From Octopus sinensis (Eukaryota): DNA of 64,000 nucleotides. The DNA lies in the NCBI RefSeq assembly GCF_006345805.1, contig NC_042999.1, positions 36,766,001-36,830,000 on the forward strand, given 5' to 3'. Position numbers and translations under genes: made by a program. Of the stretch, positions 63,776 to 64,000 are shown piece after piece. Under the pieces are notes generated by a model. That model did not search any database, was not told the DNA's origin, and worked only from the letters and a program-made list of their open reading frames with translations. Numbering within the stretch: position 1 is the first letter of the stretch; every line of letters begins with the position of its first letter.

Positions 63776-64000
63776 CCTCCTTCTTTCCTTCTTTCCTGAG
63801 CGTCCAATAATACTATAATTGTTCCACGTCCTCGCGTTGTTGTGTTTTTTTGTGCTTTCTTGTTTGGATTAACTTTATATATGTATCTTACCGCCACTGA
63901 ATGTGGATGTTTTGTTAGAACAAGCTATACTGCAGTAGTTACCATGAGAAGAACTCTCATATTGGCTTTTGGTGTAAAATGCACCCTTGATAGCAGAGAG

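Overview
AT-rich, repeat-saturated animal genomic DNA. The SINE families and microsatellite density look like an octopus (coleoid cephalopod) genome; this is inference from sequence recognition, not a search. No host protein-coding exon could be supported, and most short ORFs in the track are microsatellite translations. Main contents: (1) a nest of 5'-truncated R4/Dong-type retrotransposons in (TAA)n at 1-4490; (2) a 3.4-kb head-to-head palindromic Penelope-like element (PLE; RT plus GIY-YIG) at 24782-28201; (3) several minimal type I hammerhead ribozyme motifs with palindromic stem III, plus fold-back hairpins next to (TA)n; (4) a full-length but variant U2 snRNA copy; (5) tRNA-headed SINEs that show head/tail module swapping; (6) mariner, hAT, piggyBac-type and Helitron-type DNA elements, a solo LTR, and RTE, CR1-like and CRE-like LINE fragments. 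Coordinates were counted by hand and may be off by a few bases.
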